A stretch of 27,836 nucleotides of DNA, taken from a virus. Taxonomy: Duplodnaviria; Caudoviricetes. Both the position numbers and the translations under genes were made by a program. The first letter of the stretch is position 1; each line of letters starts with the position of its first letter. Below are positions 23,865-27,836 of this stretch, piece by piece. The stretch lies in IMG/VR virus record IMGVR_UViG_3300030330_005380, positions 1 through 27,836 of that record; one strand, 5' to 3'. The notes under the pieces are model-generated. The model had not been told where the DNA came from and ran no database searches. It saw nothing but the letters and a program-made list of their open reading frames with translations.

Positions 23865-24546
23865 TAAGATTCTAGTTTTAGTTCCTAGCAGGAAAAGACC
23901 TTCAAGTATAGAAAAGTTAAGGAGGTCTTTTTTGCAGACCCACGCTAATAAAAGTGAAATATTAGTTATACTAGATAAAGACGACGAGCAAAATTACTAT
24001 AGGCATCATGATTTAAATTACGAAGTCTACGAAGGCGAAGCTGGTTATTGCCAAGAAAAAATGAACGGTTATGCCTTTAAATATCGCAAACAATATAAGT
24101 ATATTGGCTTTATAGGTGACGATAATGAGTTCATAACCAAGGATTGGGATTTAAAAGTTTTCTCGGCTTTGGATAATATTGGGGATAATGCGATTGCCTA
24201 TATAAACGATCAACTTCAAAACCACTGCAACGCTAATAAAGATTGCTGTAGAAATGTGTTCTTGGACTCAAATATTATTAATAAAATAGGGTACTTTGCC
24301 CCCCCAAACTTAAGACATTTTTATCAAGATAATTTTTGGTTTGCTACTGGTACTAAATTAGGGACTTTAGTATATTTAGAAGAAGTTAAAGTTAATCATG
24401 CTCATTTTTTAGCCAACCTTTCTGATCGAGACGAGATATACCAGTCGGCCTATGATGGAAATAAGCTAAACGAAGACTGCAAAAATTATAACGAGTATTT
24501 AAATAAACAGTGGGCGAACGACATTAAAAAGCTTTTAAATAAATGA
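23857..24546 (+). CDS. Glycosyltransferase family 2-like protein
   Basis: VLVPSRKRP, VILDKDD, FIGDD..TKDWD, HFYQDN. Confidence 0.78.
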   Translation: MIDKILVLVPSRKRPSSIEKLRRSFLQTHANKSEILVILDKDDEQNYYRHHDLNYEVYEGEAGYCQEKMNGYAFKYRKQYKYIGFIGDDNEFITKDWDLKVFSALDNIGDNAIAYINDQLQNHCNANKDCCRNVFLDSNIINKIGYFAPPNLRHFYQDNFWFATGTKLGTLVYLEEVKVNHAHFLANLSDRDEIYQSAYDGNKLNEDCKNYNEYLNKQWANDIKKLLNK

Positions 24547-24869
24547 TACAGATAAAGTCAGTTAATCCTTTTAGCAGAAAGAGCAAAATAAAATGCGGTT
24601 TCTGTGGGCTGACCTATTCTGCTAGAGATTATAGGATTTTATGGGAAGAAAGAAAGGTTTTGTACTTTAAAATTCAATTACCTTCTCAAAAAAGGTGGAG
24701 GATCGTCTGTCACGGGTGTTTGTTGCAAGTTCTTAAAAAGTATTACCCCAATTATGATAAGATAGAATTAATGATTATAGACGACCTTGATAATATAGAG
24801 AAAACCTGTGAGGTAGTGCTTGACCAAATAAAATCAGAAGAAATATTAAGTTTAGATTTTTGGCCTTGA
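24543..24869 (+). CDS. Hypothetical protein with CxxC pairs
   Basis: CGFC..CHGC. Confidence 0.65.
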   Translation: MIQIKSVNPFSRKSKIKCGFCGLTYSARDYRILWEERKVLYFKIQLPSQKRWRIVCHGCLLQVLKKYYPNYDKIELMIIDDLDNIEKTCEVVLDQIKSEEILSLDFWP

Positions 24870-24901
24870 TTTTTTTGAAAAAAAAGTATAAAAAGTCATG
24901 A

Positions 24902-25828
24902 ATGCCCAGAAAAAAGAAGCAAGATAAGCCCGAAGATAGGATTATTTCTCCAGATGATGTTCTGACTACTTACTTTAACGAGGCAGGAGCTTTTCCCCTT
25001 TTAAGCAAAAAAGAAGAAACTGCTTTAGCTGAAAAGTATATAAAATACAGAACTAACAAATCTAATTGCGGTAGTAGAGTTAGAAACGAAGGAAAGAAGG
25101 CTAGAGAGAAACTCATAAACAGTAATCTAAGGTTAGTAATAAGAATAGCTAAGGATTACAGAGACTTGGGGCTTGATTTTTCGGATTTAGTTTCAGAAGG
25201 CAACGCTGGTCTAGTAAGGGCGGTTGACAGATTCGAATTAAATCACGGGGCTAAACTTTCCACTTATGCTTCTTATTGGATTAGACAAGCTATCACTAGG
25301 TCTCTATCTAATAGCTCTAGAACCATAAGGCTTCCCGTACATGTTTCTCAGTTAAAATGTCAGATAATGCGTTACATAGAGGACTATAAAATCCTCAATG
25401 AAGGGACTCGCCCTGAGAACTGTGATATAGCGAAAAAATTTAGCATAACTGAAGATAAAGTTCAAAAGACTCTAGCTTCTCACGTTTCTTATGTTTCAAT
25501 AGACAAGCCAGTAGGTGAAGAATCTGAAGCCGAAACTATGGCTAACTTTTTACCAGATGAAAGCAGTTTAAACCCTTTAGATTCCGCGCTTTACGCTAAC
25601 GACATAACTATGCTTGAAGATTTCCTAAACAAGCTAAATGATCGAGAAAGAAAAATTATAGAGCTAAGATTTGGGCTACGTGATTACGATAGAGAAACTC
25701 TTGAAATAGTAGGAGAGAAATTCAACCTTACTCGAGAGCGAATTAGGCAAATAGAAAGCGCAGCAATGAGAAAGCTAAGAAACTGGGCGAGCAAACTTAA
25801 AAAAAGAGACGCCAGAGAAGGGCAATAA
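24902..25828 (+). CDS. RpoD/RpoS-like sigma-70 factor lacking region 1.1
   Basis: PLLSKKEE, NLRLVIRIAKDY, DLVSEGNAGLVRAVDRFE, STYASYWIRQAITR, RTIRLPVH, TLEIVGEKFNLTRERIRQIE. Confidence 0.93.
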   Translation: MPRKKKQDKPEDRIISPDDVLTTYFNEAGAFPLLSKKEETALAEKYIKYRTNKSNCGSRVRNEGKKAREKLINSNLRLVIRIAKDYRDLGLDFSDLVSEGNAGLVRAVDRFELNHGAKLSTYASYWIRQAITRSLSNSSRTIRLPVHVSQLKCQIMRYIEDYKILNEGTRPENCDIAKKFSITEDKVQKTLASHVSYVSIDKPVGEESEAETMANFLPDESSLNPLDSALYANDITMLEDFLNKLNDRERKIIELRFGLRDYDRETLEIVGEKFNLTRERIRQIESAAMRKLRNWASKLKKRDAREGQ

Positions 25829-25832
25829 CAAG

Positions 25833-26441
25833 ATGGTCACCGAAAATCAAATAATAAAACATCGTCTTAACAAGGCTTATTGCGGAGAAGCTCAAAAGGC
25901 TTCAGATATGTTTACTAAAGAAAATCTTCCAAGCAATATAAGAGGCAAAGGAGAAAGGAAACACACGGCAAATGACGATTCATTGATGGGACAGTGCGCT
26001 ATGCTTGCTTGCTGCCGTCATTTATTTGGCATGCAAGGTAGGGAAAAGTTTTGGCAAGCTGCTCACCAAGCAGAAATGATACCTCTTCAGAGAAAAGTTT
26101 ATGGAAATGACTATATTAGTGACGGGGGGATGGATATACCTTTTTTAATGACGGACGTTAAGTCTTCTCAAAGAAACAAAAAAGAACTATTAGACCATTA
26201 TGCTATAGTTAACCGTAGAGAGTATCACGAAGGTATAACTTATATATTCTGCATAGTGGAAGACCCAGACGAAAACGGCGGAAGAATCGTTAATATATGT
26301 GGATGGAGCACCTCTGAGGAAGTAAAAGCCTTGGGGCCATTCGACCCACCTCACGAAGCACTTAGTTCTTTTAAAGGTGAGTATGCAACGCAAATTAAGA
26401 ATATTAACCCGATGACGCCTATGAATTGGACTAAAATCTAA
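25833..26441 (+). CDS. Hypothetical protein, possible PD-(D/E)xK nuclease fold
   Basis: DGGMDI..TDVKS..YIFC..ICGW pattern. Confidence 0.5.
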   Translation: MVTENQIIKHRLNKAYCGEAQKASDMFTKENLPSNIRGKGERKHTANDDSLMGQCAMLACCRHLFGMQGREKFWQAAHQAEMIPLQRKVYGNDYISDGGMDIPFLMTDVKSSQRNKKELLDHYAIVNRREYHEGITYIFCIVEDPDENGGRIVNICGWSTSEEVKALGPFDPPHEALSSFKGEYATQIKNINPMTPMNWTKI

Positions 26442-26557
26442 TGTTTAAACGTCCACCGCTTAGCTGGATTTATATAGCAGCCTTGACTATATTTTACCTC
26501 CTAAGTAGTCTATGCATACTGATTTACCATTCTCTAAAGGGATTATTTAAGAAATGA
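26441..26557 (+). CDS. Small membrane protein (38 aa; not in ORF track)
   Basis: MFKRPPLSWIYIAALTIFYLLSSLCILIYHSLKGLFKK*; TAATG and ATGA overlaps at both ends. Confidence 0.55.
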   Translation: MFKRPPLSWIYIAALTIFYLLSSLCILIYHSLKGLFKK

Positions 26558-26739
26558 AATACGCAGGAAAAGATAAAGTCTTTAGATACAAAAAAGGCTC
26601 ACCCACATCTGGTCTAAAACTAAGCCAAGGAAAGGGTGATGAAGTAAGACCTCACGACCCCAAGAAGTATCGTGATAATTACGACCAAATAGATTGGTCT
26701 AGCAAGAAGAAAAAAGATGACAAAAAAACAAAAGGCTAA
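26554..26739 (+). CDS. Small basic hypothetical phage protein
   Basis: GKGDEVRP..KYRDNYDQIDW pattern. Confidence 0.65.
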   Translation: MKYAGKDKVFRYKKGSPTSGLKLSQGKGDEVRPHDPKKYRDNYDQIDWSSKKKKDDKKTKG

Positions 26740-26887
26740 ACAGTACCTAGACAATAGCCTTAGCAATAACTTGCAAGGTACTCTTGATAGAACAGCTAAC
26801 TACTATCAATCGAAGGGCTACGAGAAACAAGCTAAGGCAATCAGAAACTTTAAGAAGGAAGTTAGATTGCTCGTCGGAAGTCTGTAA
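26717..26887 (+). CDS. Hypothetical protein (56 aa; not in ORF track)
   Basis: MTKKQKAKQYLDNSLSNNLQGTLDRTANYYQSKGYEKQAKAIRNFKKEVRLLVGSL*; fills the gap. Confidence 0.55.
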   Translation: MTKKQKAKQYLDNSLSNNLQGTLDRTANYYQSKGYEKQAKAIRNFKKEVRLLVGSL

Positions 26888-26898
26888 GAAAATTTAAT

Positions 26899-26925
26899 AA
26901 TTTCTTTTTGCCAAAAGAAATTTTT
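26899..26925 (+). terminator. AT-rich hairpin, possible terminator
   Basis: AATTTCTTTT-tgcc-AAAAGAAATT followed by TTT. Confidence 0.35.
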
Positions 26926-26938
26926 GTAAATTATTAAG

Positions 26939-27751
26939 ATGAAAAGCTGCAACATAGAAAATTTAAATGCTTTAGCTGAAGAAAACTCAGAAAAATATAA
27001 AAACAGGAAACCTTTCCCGTATATTTCATTTGAGAATTTCCTAAACTTTGGCGCAGCCCAAAACATGATGGATGCATTTCCATCAATTGATGAAAATTTC
27101 TACAAATACGACAATCCTCTTGAGAAGAAATACGCTTTCGACAAAGTGTCAGAATTACCTGCTCCCATCAGAGATACTCTGATTGAATTGAACTCCCCTC
27201 CATTTCTAAACTTCCTTGAGAAACTTACGGGTATCAATGGATTGATTCCCGACCCGTATTACAGGGGTGGCGGTATACACCAAAGCAAAAGAGGCGGTAA
27301 ACTTGATATACATGTAGACTTTAACGTGCATCCCAAACTAGAACTCCATCGCAGATTAAATATTTTGATTTATTTAAATAAAGATTGGAAAGAAGAATAC
27401 GCAGGTGACTTCCAGATATGGAAAGGTCATAAAAATGAAAAAGGTAAACACGTTCTAGAAGAGCTAGAAGCGCGTGTCTACCCAAACTTCAATACATTTG
27501 CTTGCTTCTCTACGTCAGAGAAATCTTATCATGGCTTTCCAGACGAAATAAAATGCCCTGAAGGCATGACAAGAAAGTCCATAGCGTTGTATTACTATAC
27601 CGCACAACCAGCTTTTGAATCCCTTAATGAAGAGCAACACTCTACTACGTTCATCAAGAGGCCACATGAATCTAACGAACTAGAAGAACTCAGAGAAAAA
27701 AGAAACAAAGGCAGAATATACTCAAACATTAAAGACTCATCCCTATCTTAA
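26939..27751 (+). CDS. 2OG-Fe(II) oxygenase (prolyl-hydroxylase-like)
   Basis: PFPYI, GGGIHQ..GGKLDIHVDFN (HxD), RRLNILIYLN, SYHG, RKSIALYYYT. Confidence 0.88.
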   Translation: MKSCNIENLNALAEENSEKYKNRKPFPYISFENFLNFGAAQNMMDAFPSIDENFYKYDNPLEKKYAFDKVSELPAPIRDTLIELNSPPFLNFLEKLTGINGLIPDPYYRGGGIHQSKRGGKLDIHVDFNVHPKLELHRRLNILIYLNKDWKEEYAGDFQIWKGHKNEKGKHVLEELEARVYPNFNTFACFSTSEKSYHGFPDEIKCPEGMTRKSIALYYYTAQPAFESLNEEQHSTTFIKRPHESNELEELREKRNKGRIYSNIKDSSLS

Positions 27752-27753
27752 TT

Positions 27754-27836
27754 ATGAAAAAAGAAATGTATAGAGCACTTGAACTCAAGTATTTGGCGCA
27801 AATGCAAGAAGCTTTCGCTACGCTAGAGGTTTACTT
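27754..27836 (+). CDS. Hypothetical phage protein, 3'-truncated by window edge
   Basis: MKKEMYRALELKYLAQMQEAFATLEVY.., open to the window end. Confidence 0.6.
   Translation, partial: MKKEMYRALELKYLAQMQEAFATLEVY

Noticed and set aside
24866-24894. Sigma70 promoter TTGATT..TATAAA before the RpoD-like gene
   Set aside because: Spacer to TATAAA is 15 nt and the region is homopolymeric; too weak to call.
1401-26393. Many - strand and alternate-frame ORFs in the track (e.g. 1401-1751, 3226-3549, 16349-16720, 18020-18388, 22690-23019)
   Set aside because: They shadow well-supported + strand genes and lack recognisable motifs or upstream signals.
1-27836. Stop-codon reassignment, introns/inteins, retron or DGR
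   Set aside because: Genes tile densely and look complete under the standard code; no reverse transcriptase, intein motif or template/variable repeat pair seen.
1-27836. Cellular or eukaryotic-virus origin (suggested by SET, Myb and ATE-like genes)
   Set aside because: Bacterial sigma factors, Tat and lipoprotein signals, CCA-encoding tRNAs, overlapping co-oriented genes and no housekeeping operons favour a bacteriophage, though no hallmark structural gene is present to prove it.

Overview
AT-rich, densely coding window, almost entirely + strand (one well-supported - strand gene). It reads like part of a large or jumbo dsDNA bacteriophage genome. It starts at the end of a tRNA cluster (partial CAT tRNA, tRNA-Leu TAA). 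It then holds an HNH nuclease, a secreted trypsin-like protease, lysine-rich modular proteins, three sulfotransferase-like genes, an APS-kinase-like gene, three glycosyltransferases and a structured ~180-nt ncRNA with a terminator. The right half has a 1380-aa Mrr-nuclease/SF2-helicase fusion, two 2OG-Fe(II) oxygenases, an aminoacyl-tRNA-protein-transferase-like GNAT, PAP2, SET, AdoMetDC, a Myb-like repeat protein and two sigma factors. No capsid, terminase, integrase, rRNA, CRISPR or reverse transcriptase gene is visible, so the phage call is an inference from gene content and layout. Strongest signals: (1) a recurring upstream motif TAGAA-N-AA-GTGTAT exactly 8 nt before the start codon of five genes, a likely phage-specific leaderless promoter; (2) a Type ISP-like nuclease-helicase with its methylase half replaced by putative DNA-binding domains; (3) a sulfation/glycosylation toolkit; (4) the multi-stem ncRNA; (5) a protein-modification gene block. 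All family calls are by-eye motif recognition; no database searches were run.
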